Shown here: piece after piece, positions 13,730 to 25,639 of the stretch | Numbering within the stretch: position 1 is the stretch's first letter | Layout of the letters: every line of letters begins with the position of its first letter | Origin: Ascidiella aspersa | Lineage: Eukaryota | Reading direction: 5' to 3' | Length of the DNA: 64,000 nucleotides | NCBI GenBank assembly: GCA_963924565.1 | Contig: OZ004610.1 | Location: forward strand, 806,001 to 870,000 | The notes under the pieces: generated by a model | Told to the model about the DNA's origin: nothing | The model's input: the letters and a program-made list of their open reading frames with translations, nothing else | The model's database searches: none | Translations under genes and position numbers: made by a program

Positions 13730-16700
13730 AAAAAAACGCTAAATTTAGGATATGGCTATGTACCCCTTTAAAGTTTGCCCCTGTAATACTTGTTTAAGTC
13801 TCTAAGATTGGATACTTGGAATGAAATATTGTTTTTTGTTTTTATTTTTTTTAATTATGTAAACATCGCTTCAAACCGCTGTACACCGCACTTAAATGAT
13901 AATCCTTGTGGCACATTTTATATCGAGCGGGCACACTTAGCATCTGCCCGCCTATATTCCATCATACTCGGGCTATTGGCCGCATAATCCCGTCTATTTC
14001 CACCAAAAAACAGCAATAAGTTAAAAAACACAAAGTCCGCATACCATAAGCCATGTTTGTCCTATTGATCCTTTTCTACCCGGATCATTATTTACGAAAA
14101 CCACATTTTAGTCGCGATATGAAACGGTAAAAGTGTGTCCAGTGGTCTGTGTTTGTTTGGTCACTTTGGAATCGCCACCACGGTGGTCAGTTACCCCTTT
14201 GCTCGCGCGTTCTGCTATTGTGACCGAACATTACCCCATTGTTCGGGAAGATGGATGGCGCTCTGTCGCTTTTTGGTCTAGCTTTCCCCGCGCCGGGATT
14301 ATCTGCGAGGAATTGCGCGAAGGAAGTCGGTCTGATCGTCTGGCGACAACCTAATGGTTCCTTACACACGCTACGAGTTTTTCGGTTATACTTCGCTGTA
14401 GCGAAAATGCGTGATGTTGTTAACAATTTTTTTGGATAAATTTTTGGATCAGATATGCACTTAGTTTAAACCTGGGTCTTCGGAAATATCCAGTTTATAC
14501 CCCTGGGTTTAAAAAATAGCATTGCTGGCATATTTTGTACAAATGATGCAAATTTAAACCGTTGAAAGCGGCTTTTTAAGAAATCTAATAACCCAATACA
14601 TTTTATTCTTAAATAAACGGTTTCACACATTCAAATTGGTCCCCCGGGAATATCGAATTTATATAGACGCCACCCACTCAAAGTTTCCCTGCAGTAATTC
14701 ATAAAAACTCCCACCGATGTTGTCGGCACATGTTCATCAATCGTCGACCAAGGCTTTAAACGTCTGCTGCGAAACTTTCCCGAGTGAAAACTTCGCCCGT
14801 AAAACCGAGGCGCTGTGCTGAAATGAAAAAGCGTTGACTGACGAAAAGCATAGACTTGGTACGTGGACTTGTACATTGCTACACACCCACCTATTTGAAT
14901 GTGGAATTGCTTTTTTGTGGTTTAAGGCTTTTCGTGGGAGAGGCTGTTAAAAAGGCCTGGGATTTTTGATACATTTCACCGCCAGAAAATCACGCACAAC
15001 TGTGCTTTGAACTTTCAAAGGCGACGCTTTGGCGCGTATTGGTCATATTACTCATGTTCACCTTTCAACAACATAAAGTGGGCACAAAAGCGATTTAAAG
15101 TCCCCATAGGGTCGCTATATCCAGTTATACATAATATACGCCATTAAAAATGCCGTGAAAATGCCCATAATCGTCATGTGTCTGTGGGACAACGCTAAAC
15201 AAACTGTGATTACAATCTGAACGTTGGCCATATTTCGAGCCACATATTCGTCATGGAAATGCGACAGGGGTAAGTCATACCCATTATAACGGTGTCAATC
15301 CCTCGTGTGGCATAATAGCGGGATCCACGGGCGGAATGGATTGTTTGTACTGCCAGTGCTAACTGCTGTGCTGTCCCTACTGCCCACAGCAGGCCTGTTA
15401 AAACAGATTCCCTAGAAAGGACCCGTTTCAAAGCCACCGCTCTGTTTAAACCGGTGTCTATTTTGTCAAGCAAGGCAGGACCTGAATTAAAAGCTTCCAA
15501 CGGACGAATTGGCAGGACACGGAGGTGTACTTGTCTTGTGCCGCACGTGGCTCATAAAGAATAACTTCGATAAATATCAACCGTCTTCTAGCAATGCGTT
15601 GTCGTAAAAAGACGATTTTTCTGCGTTAAGAGCCAAGAAAACCCAATTAGTTACTGGGCCGAAAGTTAAGACCGATTTAATAACGAGCCAGGGCAAACAA
15701 ACTACATTTTCAATCATTTTAGATGGCTGCTTCATTATTTTCACTTTACTGACCAAATTTTTTTATTTTAATCCTTAAAATTATATCATTTTTGTATAAA
15801 CGTTCCCAAGTGCCACTGTTGCCAGTTTGAAAACGCTGTAATGCCATTGCTAACGAATTCAAACATTACAATTTTGTTCAAAACGTCGTTTAATAACCCC
15901 ACAAGTATATTCCCCACTCGATTTTACGTCAACCCACGCGACATAATTCGACATGACGTAACAACCGAATCGCTCGATACTCATCGCGCGATGCATTGTC
16001 ACCCCATTGTTACACCTGATCGACGCCGATTGTGACGTAACAGCAGTCTGTGTCGTGGGGGGTTAATGTGGCGAGAAAGTTGTGTAAGGCCGTGTGATTG
16101 GAATTTTACAAGGAGCGCCTCTTCTCCCTTACATCGGAATATCGAGTAAAACATGAAGTTTGACGCGGTGTATCTTTCACCATAGATGAATCACTTGCTT
16201 GTTGTACTACACGTTTGGTTGCTGTTCGGGATCTACGTGTTATGCTGTTTTGTTCTTTATAATAACGAAAGACAACTTGTATTTTCACAAATGGTGTTTT
16301 TGTCGAAAATAGTAAATAGATTTTGACATTGTATTTTTTTGGCCAAATTGACGTTTAAATGACTTATTTTAATTTAAAAATAATTACGAGTTTTAAAACA
16401 CAATTAAAAAAAAGGTAATACAAATTGACATTACGAAATTCAAACAAAAATATAAAATAACGCTTTTAACTCCAAATTAACAAACATTGACGCACAAATT
16501 CAAGACCTAATTTAAAAAATAATTAAAACAAGAGAGAGATAAGATAAACCTTCCAAATCCTTGTTAATCGTTTCCTCGCCAATCCCTTCTATTGCATCCT
16601 GTGTATGAGCTTCTGCTTAATACACATCTGTCCGTCTGTGCGTTAATCCGGTCCTTCGGGGTGCGTTTAACCTACTCACCTGTCCAAAGCGGCACAGTAT

Positions 16701-19170
16701 CGACCCGAATCCCCTCCCGCACCCAGTCACACTGGAACCAAAAACAATAGAAAACACCATAACAAATTGCAACTTTACTTTTTGAGGCCTGCTTTTTTCA
16801 CTATCGCGGTAATTTTTTTTCTTTTGAAAAACGCCAAGCTAAAAATTTGACTTGTTCCGGTTAGGAAAAAATACATTTTTACCATATTTTGTAATTTCAA
16901 AGTCAAGGTTTGCCTTTTTTCTTTTCGCTTTTTGATCACGTGACATCGATCAAAACTGTGTTTTAAAACCGAGTCTTTTCACTCACATTATAACGAGCAA
17001 TCTTGGCATAATATCGGCGCCTGGAGCGAAATAAAAACCAATGGGATCGAAGCTGTATTTACCCAGGCCAATTACGTCATCAAACTGCTTGAGACGTCAC
17101 CTGTCCACTTTGTCACGTCACCTGTCCTCTCTAGGGACTCGAAAACCTTCGGGAAACGTGTTGCGTAAATGCGTCATATTTACTCGATAAATGCGTATCT
17201 TTAATATCGAGTTAAATCTAGCTCAGAATGAAAAATAATTTTGGGATTATTCACCCAAGTTGGGCCAAGTAACATATAGATGTTTGCACGAGAAAGATAT
17301 GTTTTTTTTAATTACAGACGAAATGTGGGTGGTTAAATATTTTTCTGGAGTTTATGGAGTTTTTGCCTTTGATCCAATGCTATACCCCAAAACGCAATTT
17401 TTTTTACAAAACTGTGGGCTTTTTTCAATGCTCGCCTTTCACATACACACATTCCACTAACTTCCAGCGTAAACCCGACTAACCTTCACCAGTTTACGGA
17501 AGTCTGCTGCTTTAAAGAGGTTGTAAAATGTGCCAAGGGCCGCTTCACATTCATCAAACAGACTTTCCCATGTTTCCAAACCATCCTTAAGTCTTTATTC
17601 CACTGTTGTTATTTCGAGTGTTGTCGCAGTACCGCGGAACACTTTTCGATTTGTCTTCCGCGGATGAATATCAGCCGACTCAAGTGCGTGACGTCATATA
17701 GGTTACGTAGCGAACTCGGATGGACTTCAAAAGCGCGCCTTGTTTTTATAGAAGCTTTGAGTGCCCGTAAATTAAAATAATGTTTTGATAATATTCACCA
17801 AAAAAAATAGTAATTTGAATATTTGTGATGTTCAAGTGTAATATAATAATTTTTTTTATTATACATTTGTTTTTGCGAAGAACCTGTTTTTTGATCAAAA
17901 ACAAAACTCTCTTTACGAAAACAGGTTTCCGCTTTTCCACTTGCACCCCCCTGCCCCCTAATGACGTCACAGTAGCCCCTGGTATCGGGTGAACCCTTGT
18001 AATGTTTGCCCCCAGGATTACCAGGGCACGATTTCTTACCACCGAGCACTAACCTTGCCAATGAACCGAGACTGTGAGGCGATTCCACTATTTACACATC
18101 TCCCAGTTCAAACAAGACTAAATGGCCAGGTTTTAAGGCCGAATTAAAATTAAGCTGGCTCTTTATTTTTAACCGCGTTTTCACCTTATATTATCAAAAA
18201 AGTGTCCCAATTTTTTCAGAAAAATACGAAGATTTGTTACTATTTAAGCGGCAATGAATAAATCCGGTAAAAAAGTTGAAAAAAACAAAATTGTGGTTTA
18301 AAAATTTGGCCTGGTTCTTTTAAGCGGCCCCGTAAACTGGCCCCACCTCTTGGATTGGAGCGAATTGTTTTCGCTTTATGCAGACAGATCGCGTTTTGCA
18401 ATGGAGCGAGCTGATTGTGATTAAACACTTGAAAAGCAAGACCTATTGGATGGCGTCATATGTTTGCAAACATTCCTTATATAGACAGTTCTTGTGCAGT
18501 TTTTGCGGTCTGAAAAAAATTCAAAACTGGATCTCATAGTTGAACAGCAGTTGTATAGTTCTTTAAGCCTTACAAAGATAAAAATGTAATATAAGGAGAC
18601 CATTAAGATTAACAATCTTACTTGGAACTCACTTTGTCTCACACAAGTCAAAAAGGAAAGACTTGGTTCTAACATAAGTATTCAACCTTCTGTTGAAAAT
18701 CACGCTTAAATTCTTCCATATTTCACGATTACTGGACAAGCGATCTCGCCTTGCTTGACTTGCACTTGTCGAGGGGTAATTAGTCTGAAATTGACTCCAT
18801 TTGAACCCATTGAATCCAATTGCATCGAAACCAACCCTATTTCTTACCCCGCTTATCTTTATGACATTGCTTTCTTTTATTTAGCGACTGACGTTATAAA
18901 CAACTGAATTTGTTCATTTGTCCTGCTAAGATGGACAAACTTGCCTTAAAAACTACACTTTATCAAATAGATTTATTACCTGAATACTTCCAGTTTATAA
19001 GTAAGTGGTTTTTAATTCAAATCTTCCCATGAGGTCACAACGTTTTGGAAGTGGTCATTTTAGTAGGAAGAGACAGGGTTAAAATTAAACAATTGTTCTT
19101 AAACCAATATTATGAAATTAAAAGAGATTAAATTAATAGCTCGTATTTAAAACAACTCTTTTTTTTCCAG

Positions 19171-19326
19171 AATGCGCGATCGGCAAGTTCAAATCACAAG
19201 CGGGGAACTCCCTTTGTTCCGGTTGTCCTGACAACAGTTTCTCGATTCTCAGCGGAAGAGCATCTTGCAGATGCAGCTCCGGATTCTTCCGCGCTCCCGA
19301 GGATCCACGTCACGCCAAGTGCACAC
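19171..19326 (+). CDS. Eph: Eph gene 1 exon 8: EGF-like (E)CAIGKFKSQAGNSLCSGCPDNS...CRCSSGFFRAPEDPRHAKCT
   Basis: ttttccag| acceptor, C|gtgagt donor; Eph cysteine spacing; follows a 10.1-kb intron. Confidence 0.95.
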
Positions 19327-20352
19327 GTGAGTGTCTTATTCCAAGTGACGTAAGAAATAACGTCACACTACTATGTCATTCAAAATCTGATCAAAATCAA
19401 AATACGTCATTAAAAAAAAGACACATGCATTTTTTTAATATTGTGACGTCAAAAGTGACGTGGTGGAACACGTTACGTCATCTAATGACGTATTTTCGCA
19501 CTTCATCCAATTTAAGGAGTTGTTTGATTCAAGATAATATTAATATATTGTTTGTAGCGGAGCGCAAACTTCAAATTTCATCAGCCGCTTTAAAATAAAG
19601 GTTATTATCATTTTGGGCTTAGTTCGATTTTGCTGTGAAGCGATTGAGTATAACTTGACAAATCATAGCATTTTCGGCACGTTTTTGGAAAAAAGTCTTT
19701 CACAGTATTATTTGCGTCATAAAATCGTTGCTCAAGTGGCTTTTCCGGCGATTTCAGTTCAATATCTCGGTAGTCGGTGTCCGCCCTCCAATAAGCCAGC
19801 CACGAAGCCAGTCGGACCACTGGAAAGCTGAAACAAGCGGCGAAAGCAACTAATCCCTAACCTCGCCCGAACTGACTGAATTACACGTTGGTCGTTCAAT
19901 CACTTTTTAATTACGCGCCGTTGCCCGGCCGAGCGCTGCGCGATTTAATGATGAATTTGTAGCAGTGTGTTTGTGGTGAAATGAACCCACGAAGCTTGTG
20001 CTTAGATCGATTAACCTTGGTTCTGTGCGTCTCTGACAACGCAATAATTAAGTTCGGGGAATTGCGAACAAATTGTGCGTTTCACTGAAACAAAAACAGA
20101 CAAATAATTACAGTTTTTGTGAAAAAAACACAGACGGAAAAATGCCTTAGGGTGTCTATCTTTAAAATTAATTTAACAACTAATGTTTACTAACAAAATG
20201 TAATTATTTGCAAAATCTAAAGTTTTAATTTCATTTGAACAAAATAAATTAAACAGCAAAAGCGTTTCTAGCCTTTTAAATTTAATTTTGCGATTTAAAA
20301 ACTGAGCCAACCAGAAATTAAAAACTCACCCTATTTTTGTTTGCCCCTACAG

Positions 20353-20461
20353 AGCCCCCTAGTGGCGCCACGGTGGTAGAATCGGTTGTGAACGAAACTG
20401 ACGTCACACTGACATGGAACGAACCAACTGATAATGGTGGAAGGGTTGATATCACATACAC
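20353..20461 (+). CDS. Eph: Eph gene 1 exon 9: FN3-1 (Q)PPSGATVVESVVNETDVTLTWNEPTDNGGRVDITY
   Basis: tacag| acceptor, |gtgagt donor; PPS...VNET...W..P.D.GGR.D..Y motif. Confidence 0.95.
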
Positions 20462-20587
20462 GTGAGTTGTTAAAATAACTAATACCTTAATAACGAATTT
20501 TTTAGTTTTTGTATCGTTTTAATAATTTAAAAGTGCAACAACCATTTTTTTTATTTTCTCTTGTTGCTAAAATTTTCACAATTGCAA

Positions 20588-20655
20588 CCTACTTCTGTAT
20601 GGGCTTTGATATTTCTTCCACGTCTTACTACAACCTCCAGCCATTATGCTCCAAC
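20588..20655 (+). repeat. Foldback MITE family A, right arm
   Basis: CCTACTTCTGTATGGGCTTTGATATTTCTTCCACGTCTTACTACAACCTCCAGCCATTATGCTCCAAC. Confidence 0.75.
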
Positions 20656-20678
20656 GTTATTTATGTTTTCTGTTGTAG

Positions 20679-20823
20679 TGTGTCGTGCCATCGTTGCGAC
20701 GCTTCGTACACAATGTGCTACGACTGCGCAAGTGGGGTTGACTTCTACCCCAGAAAATGTCGACTTACTGAGGGAAAAGTCGTCGTTAAAGATCTCGCCC
20801 CTTTCACACACTACAGGTTCAAG
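20679..20823 (+). CDS. Eph: Eph gene 1 exon 10: FN3-1 VSCHRCDASYTMCYDC...DLAPFTHYRFK
   Basis: tgtag| acceptor, |gtaagg donor; four-Cys FN3-1 loop typical of Eph receptors. Confidence 0.94.
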
Positions 20824-21591
20824 GTAAGGACAGTCAATAAAATACTTGAAATGTTGAAAAGACTGGCTGAAATAGCGAGATGTTGCTTAACTTGCGAAAA
20901 AGTCACTAAAATTGAAAAAAACGGGTATCTAAAATAATATGAAGTTTTTTGATGAATTTTTATTTAAACCCAAAAATATTAATTAAGAACTTAAACCGTA
21001 TTTACCAAAGACAAGCTTGAATTTAACTATTATGTTTTTTTTATGCGCTACAACTAAATAAAGTAAATGTAAATAAAATAAGTGAATTTATAAAACGTAA
21101 ATACTGCTTATGAAAACGAAAATCAGACTTTTTAAAGCAGTTATTTTCAATTGATCATGAACCATAAAGTTGCCCTTTTAAACTATATATCATCACGAAA
21201 ATGCGCGTTTGTAAAAATCAATGGTTTAGCATGAGTAGGTTGCTTAGTGAGAAGATAGCCTCGTATCAATAATTAATAAACAACCGGAGCCTTGCTTAGC
21301 CCACCAAAACCCCAGGGATCTCTTATTTGTTAAATTACCAGCCCTAATAGCTCAAATTTGCGCCGGGCTTTGGCCGTGTCGCTTGTCGCGCGTCGCATTA
21401 GTGTCACGTCGCGTGTGGCCTCGCCCAATGCGCGTTCCAGGGGTTTGGAAAATATGGGTTTCTTCACATTGTTCTAAATAACTTCAGCATACAATTTATG
21501 AGTTGTTTTGTTCTTAGTTGCCTCTAAACTCTAAAGGTTTGTAATGGCAACGTGATTAAGCGAAAAATAATAAGTGATTTATTCTTTTTAG

Positions 21592-21673
21592 ATTTACTCC
21601 TTCAACGGTGTTTCAAGTGTGAGCGGGAAACAACCAAAGTTCGCTGAAATAACGATTCAAACCAACCAAGCTG
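21592..21673 (+). CDS. Eph: Eph gene 1 exon 11: FN3-1 end IYSFNGVSSVSGKQPKFAEITIQTNQA
   Basis: ttttag| acceptor, G|gtgagt donor; NGVS...TNQA motif. Confidence 0.93.
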
Positions 21674-21894
21674 GTGAGTAAAAACTTGTTTAATTAGTTT
21701 CAATTAGTTTACCACCGAATGACTACACGAACTGAGACGAGAATATTGGCATTCTGCATAGGAAATGTAAAATTAGAAGTAGAATCCATCCAATAATTTT
21801 ACTCAAAATGTTAAAACCACTAAAAAAATACAAATAAATAAGTATTGTAGTGCTCATAAGAAAATAAGTTAGCCTGTTGTAAGACACCGAGTTG

Positions 21895-21910
21895 TGACCT
21901 TTAATGACCT
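21895..21910 (-). promoter_or_regulatory. Candidate DR4 element TGACCT-ttaa-TGACCT
   Basis: Perfect DR4 in gene 1 intron 11. Confidence 0.35.
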
Positions 21911-22778
21911 CCCCGACCAGCGCAATTCGTTTGATCAATTAATCCCGGTCGCCAGCGTCCACCAGCCTTCTTTTGTTGATGTGTTTTATCTCTCATGCTT
22001 CAACCAGTTAATAAAGGCTGCGTAGCTGGCCACTTAAAAGGAGCCAGGCTCGTTTTATTCTTTTTGAAGCTCGATTTGGCGGCCATTTTATTTCTTGTGC
22101 ATTAACGCTTTACAAGCAATCATTTGCTTTGTTTTTTTTTAATGTTTTTTACATATAAGTTGTGTAAAATCGCGCAAAAAACATGTGTGTAAAATTACGG
22201 GTTGCAAAATTATTCAAACACGTGGTTGTAAAATCTATTTATTTATTTCCAAGTGGCCAAATATACTGGCTAAAAGAGGGTTCGTACTTGGCTTTTCTTC
22301 AAGTGCTTCTTTGTTGTCTTTGTGGGGCGGGATTTTGTGGAATTAAGACTCGCAGATAAATGTTGTCGCGTCTAAGTGCACTTGAGTCAGTCTGAGCTTC
22401 TCATCAAATAACTTTGTGGGTCATTTGTGATGATTTAATTTCCCCGTTCGCCCGTCAGTCTATAAGCAACTGTTCGTTTACTAAGCATGGAAATTCGCGA
22501 TTACCATCGGATTAAAATCGTTTTCCGTGGAAAATAGTTCGCTTTTAATATTCCTAATACAAATGAATCTGACTTTGTTATTTAACTAACATTTTTCTTG
22601 ATTTCCGTCTATTTTAACATTATTCCATCAGCATATTTGAAGCTTGTGTGACATCTTAAACATGTACCAACCACAAAAATATGTACCTATTCCAGTTATT
22701 GCAGTTATTGACGCATTCTTGTGCTCTTTAACATCAATATTCCAACACACAACTAACCACAATTATTTGCTTCTTTAG

Positions 22779-22981
22779 CGCCCTCTCCCGTCCAATCTAT
22801 CCGCATCACATCGGCCGCCAGCAGCGCTATTGAGCTAGAGTGGGACGAGCCAAGCAGTAGCAGTTCGATCGTGGATTACCAGTTGCGATACGCCAGTGTG
22901 CACGGGTCAATGACCAACTCCACTTCTGCGAGGAACTTTAGATTAACTAACCTTCAACATGAAACTGCTTACACCGTACAG
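22779..22981 (+). CDS. Eph: Eph gene 1 exon 12: FN3-2 (A)PSPVQSIRITSAASSAIELEWDEPS...NLQHETAYTVQ
   Basis: ctttag| acceptor, |gtaaga donor; FN3 W/Y/L/Y pattern. Confidence 0.94.
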
Positions 22982-23352
22982 GTAAGACCATTGAAGTGTT
23001 TTTTTATTTAACTATGTCTTCTTTGGAACACTATATACGGGTCTGTTCATAAGTTTAATGATGAAAATAATGTTGAAACAATAAAACTCTTTAATAAAAA
23101 TAAACTTTAACATCATCAATATTCTAAAAGTATTTTGACGTTTACTATAAACACATAACGTGATTAAAAAACTGTAAAAAAACATCCAAACTCTTAATTT
23201 CAAATTAAATTTGAATTCAAGAAAACATTTATATTGAAAAAAAAACGTAAAAATCATGAAAAATTGTTATTGAAAAATATGTAAATCTTTAAAACGAATT
23301 AAAACTATTAAAATTTAAATCATCGAATCATTTAATCTTTTATTTCTTCCAG

Positions 23353-23695
23353 ATCCGAGCTCGCAGCAAATCCGGATTCGGACTCTTCGGTCGTAAAGTT
23401 GCTTTCAGCACAAAGTCGTCCAGGGATCCGATCCCGAGTGTTGTTCTTCTTCAATCCTCATCATCCGCTCCTGTCGCCAATAGCAACGGACATCTTGTTG
23501 ATAACGATGAGGACCTTAGTACGATGAGTAAGGCTCTTCCGGATCGCAACCAACTCATCCTTGGGATCGTGATCACTGTGAGTCTCCTGGTGATGATGAT
23601 CGGCATCCTCCTCATTGTTTGCAGCAGGAAGAGGAAGTACGCAAAAACCATCGGATGCGACTTCGAGAAGTATCCGGGATTCATCAATAGTTCTG
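23353..23695 (+). CDS. Eph: Eph gene 1 exon 13: FN3-2 end, 46-aa stalk, TM helix (LILGIVITVSLLVMMIGILLIVC), stop-transfer SRKRK
   Basis: ttccag| acceptor, G|gtgagt donor; IRARSKSGFG FN3 F-G motif, hydrophobic segment followed by basic residues. Confidence 0.93.
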
Positions 23696-24133
23696 GTGAG
23701 TTGTAGTTTTAATGGTTTTTTAAATGCTGGAAATTTTGAGATGCTCAACTTTCACACACGTGGGATGGCGTTATAACTTATTCTTTAAAAACGTTATACC
23801 TGTGAGCCGACTTTAGAAGCACAACTTTTGTACTTACTTTGAATGTGCGCTATAGATTCTTAAATTTTCATTGCCAAAAACATTACTGTTTTATAAGATC
23901 CTTAACGTCTTCCTAAATTATTTAACTGGTAAAGTTATTACAAATTTGCAATAAATTTTCCCTGTACTCAAATCATTTCAGTTGATATCAGAAGTTTAAT
24001 CGATTAATTTGAACAACCTAAAGCTTTAAACTACCAATTGTTCACCATTTATTCTATACATCGTTTTGGATTCTATTCAGCTAAGTTGCCATAAATTAAC
24101 ATTTTACATTACCGTATTTTGTGTGTTTTACAG

Positions 24134-24259
24134 TCGACTTGATCAGCACACGAACTTACGTTGACCCAAGCACATACGAAGACCCATATTCAGCCGTGCA
24201 AGAATTCGCAAACGAGATCGAGTATCGGTTCGTCAGCATCGAACAAGTCATCGGCAAAG
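24134..24259 (+). CDS. Eph: Eph gene 1 exon 14: juxtamembrane [11 protein letters not shown] and kinase start ...IEQVIGK
   Basis: ttacag| acceptor, G|gtaaaa donor; both regulatory juxtamembrane tyrosines present. Confidence 0.96.
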
Positions 24260-24451
24260 GTAAAATAACACACAAGAAAAAGTTCAGGGCTAGTTAGTAA
24301 AATTCCTGCCATACTTTTTGTTAATAGCCACAAAACAACCCCTTTGATCATAACATTTTTAGGAACAATAGAATGTGGCTATAATAGATTGCTCTACCTA
24401 ATTAAATGCAACCTTTTCAAATTTTAATTAATTATTTTTTTACCTTTATGC

Positions 24452-24594
24452 GAATATAAAAGCCCATATCGAAGTATTGGTAACATTTTTTGTTCGTTTA
24501 GAAATACTTTTTATTTTATTTATTTTAACATTGCAAAAAGTATATCTATGGGCTTTGATATTCATTCTACGTCTTACTACAACCTCCAACCATT
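24452..24594. repeat. Foldback MITE family A, both arms
   Basis: GAATATAAAAGCCCATA (24452-24468) is inverted relative to TATGGGCTTTGATATTC (24547-24563), a 16/17 match; the rest of the arm follows. Confidence 0.75.
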
Positions 24595-24690
24595 GTCTTA
24601 AGATTTGTTCAACTTTTTGTTAAAATTCCTGGCTGCCTTTTCACATTTTTCTATTTTAAAAGCTTACAACCGTTATTTCTTGCGTTTCAG

Positions 24691-24929
24691 GCGAATTCGG
24701 CGAAGTGTGTAAAGGCGTTCTAACCTCATCGTGCCAAGCGGTCGCCATTAAAACACTGAAGGCTGGATACAGCAACCAGGAAAAACTGGACTTTCTTAGC
24801 GAGGCGTCGATCATGGGTCAGTTTGATCACCCAAACGTCATCCGACTGGAGGGAGTGGTCACCAAGAGCCGCCCGCTCATGATTATCACTGAGTTTATGG
24901 AGAACCGATCATTGGACGATTATTTGAGG
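24691..24929 (+). CDS. Eph: Eph gene 1 exon 15: kinase N-lobe GEFGEVC...[10 protein letters not shown]...[23 protein letters not shown]...LDDYLR
   Basis: tttcag| acceptor, |gtaaga donor; G-loop, catalytic Lys and helix-C Glu. Confidence 0.98.
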
Positions 24930-25272
24930 GTAAGACATCGAAAGTATTTTTAAATTACAGATGTATTTTCGACCTACTATAAGCGTGATACATTAATCGG
25001 CACGTTTAAATAAGACAAATTGCTAGAAAAGCTAACTTAGCCTAACAGAGCATTTCAACATTGTTTACCAATTTAACAAATTTTGACGAACAGCTAGCAG
25101 CCAAAAGATTTACAGCTTTGGTAATTAAAAAACATCACCTGAAGCTAACTACTATTAGGATAATTCGTAAACAGGACATTTTGTTGTAACTTACAGCTTT
25201 TTAACATTTAGAACCGATAAATGATTTTATCTAAACAAATGTCCTTTTAACAGTTAAACAATGAAACTCAAA

Positions 25273-25520
25273 AATAGAGTTAGCTCCACCAGGCAACATA
25301 TCAATAAATATAAATCGCTCTTCTGGTGTAAACGAAGTATAAACCGACGTTTCGGCAGCAGATACCAGCTGACCTCATCAGGGTTAATAATTAAAACGAG
25401 AGTGAGTTAGCCATCTTATATACTGAGCAGTAAAAAATTGTAAAAACGTAGATTAAAATTAATAATTCTAGACGTCGCTGAAGTATGCGATAAGCTGTGA
25501 CTCCAGAGCGATTTATATTT
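25273..25520 (-). mobile_element. Short non-autonomous retroelement fragment (Penelope-like pLTR-type) carrying the hammerhead motif
   Basis: Flanked by the 13-bp direct repeat AATGAAACTCAAA (25260-25272, 25521-25533). Contains a perfect 17-bp inverted repeat (25305-25321, 25505-25521). A 21-bp exact match recurs at 30995-31015. Confidence 0.6.
25340..25386 (-). ncRNA. Minimal type I hammerhead ribozyme motif
   Basis: Minus strand reads TAACC-CTGATGA-GGTCAGCTGGTATCTGCTGCC-GAAA-CGTC^GGTTTA. Conserved core is intact; stem I is AACC/GGTT, stem II is GG(T)CAGC/GCTGCC, stem III is palindromic ACGT, and the cleavage triplet is GUC. Confidence 0.75.
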
Positions 25521-25639
25521 AATGAAACTCAAAGTTTAAAAACCCGATAATACCAGAATATAAATATAGCTATTTCTCATGATAAATTAGCACTGTTACA
25601 GCAATTATCGTGTAACGTCAACTCCCGTTCACTCCACAG

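Noticed and set aside
25345-25477. Alternative type III fold of the hammerhead using the upstream CGACGTC (25471-25477) as stem III
   Set aside because: A 6-bp stem III is possible, but stem I cannot form next to that cleavage site. The minimal type I fold fits better.
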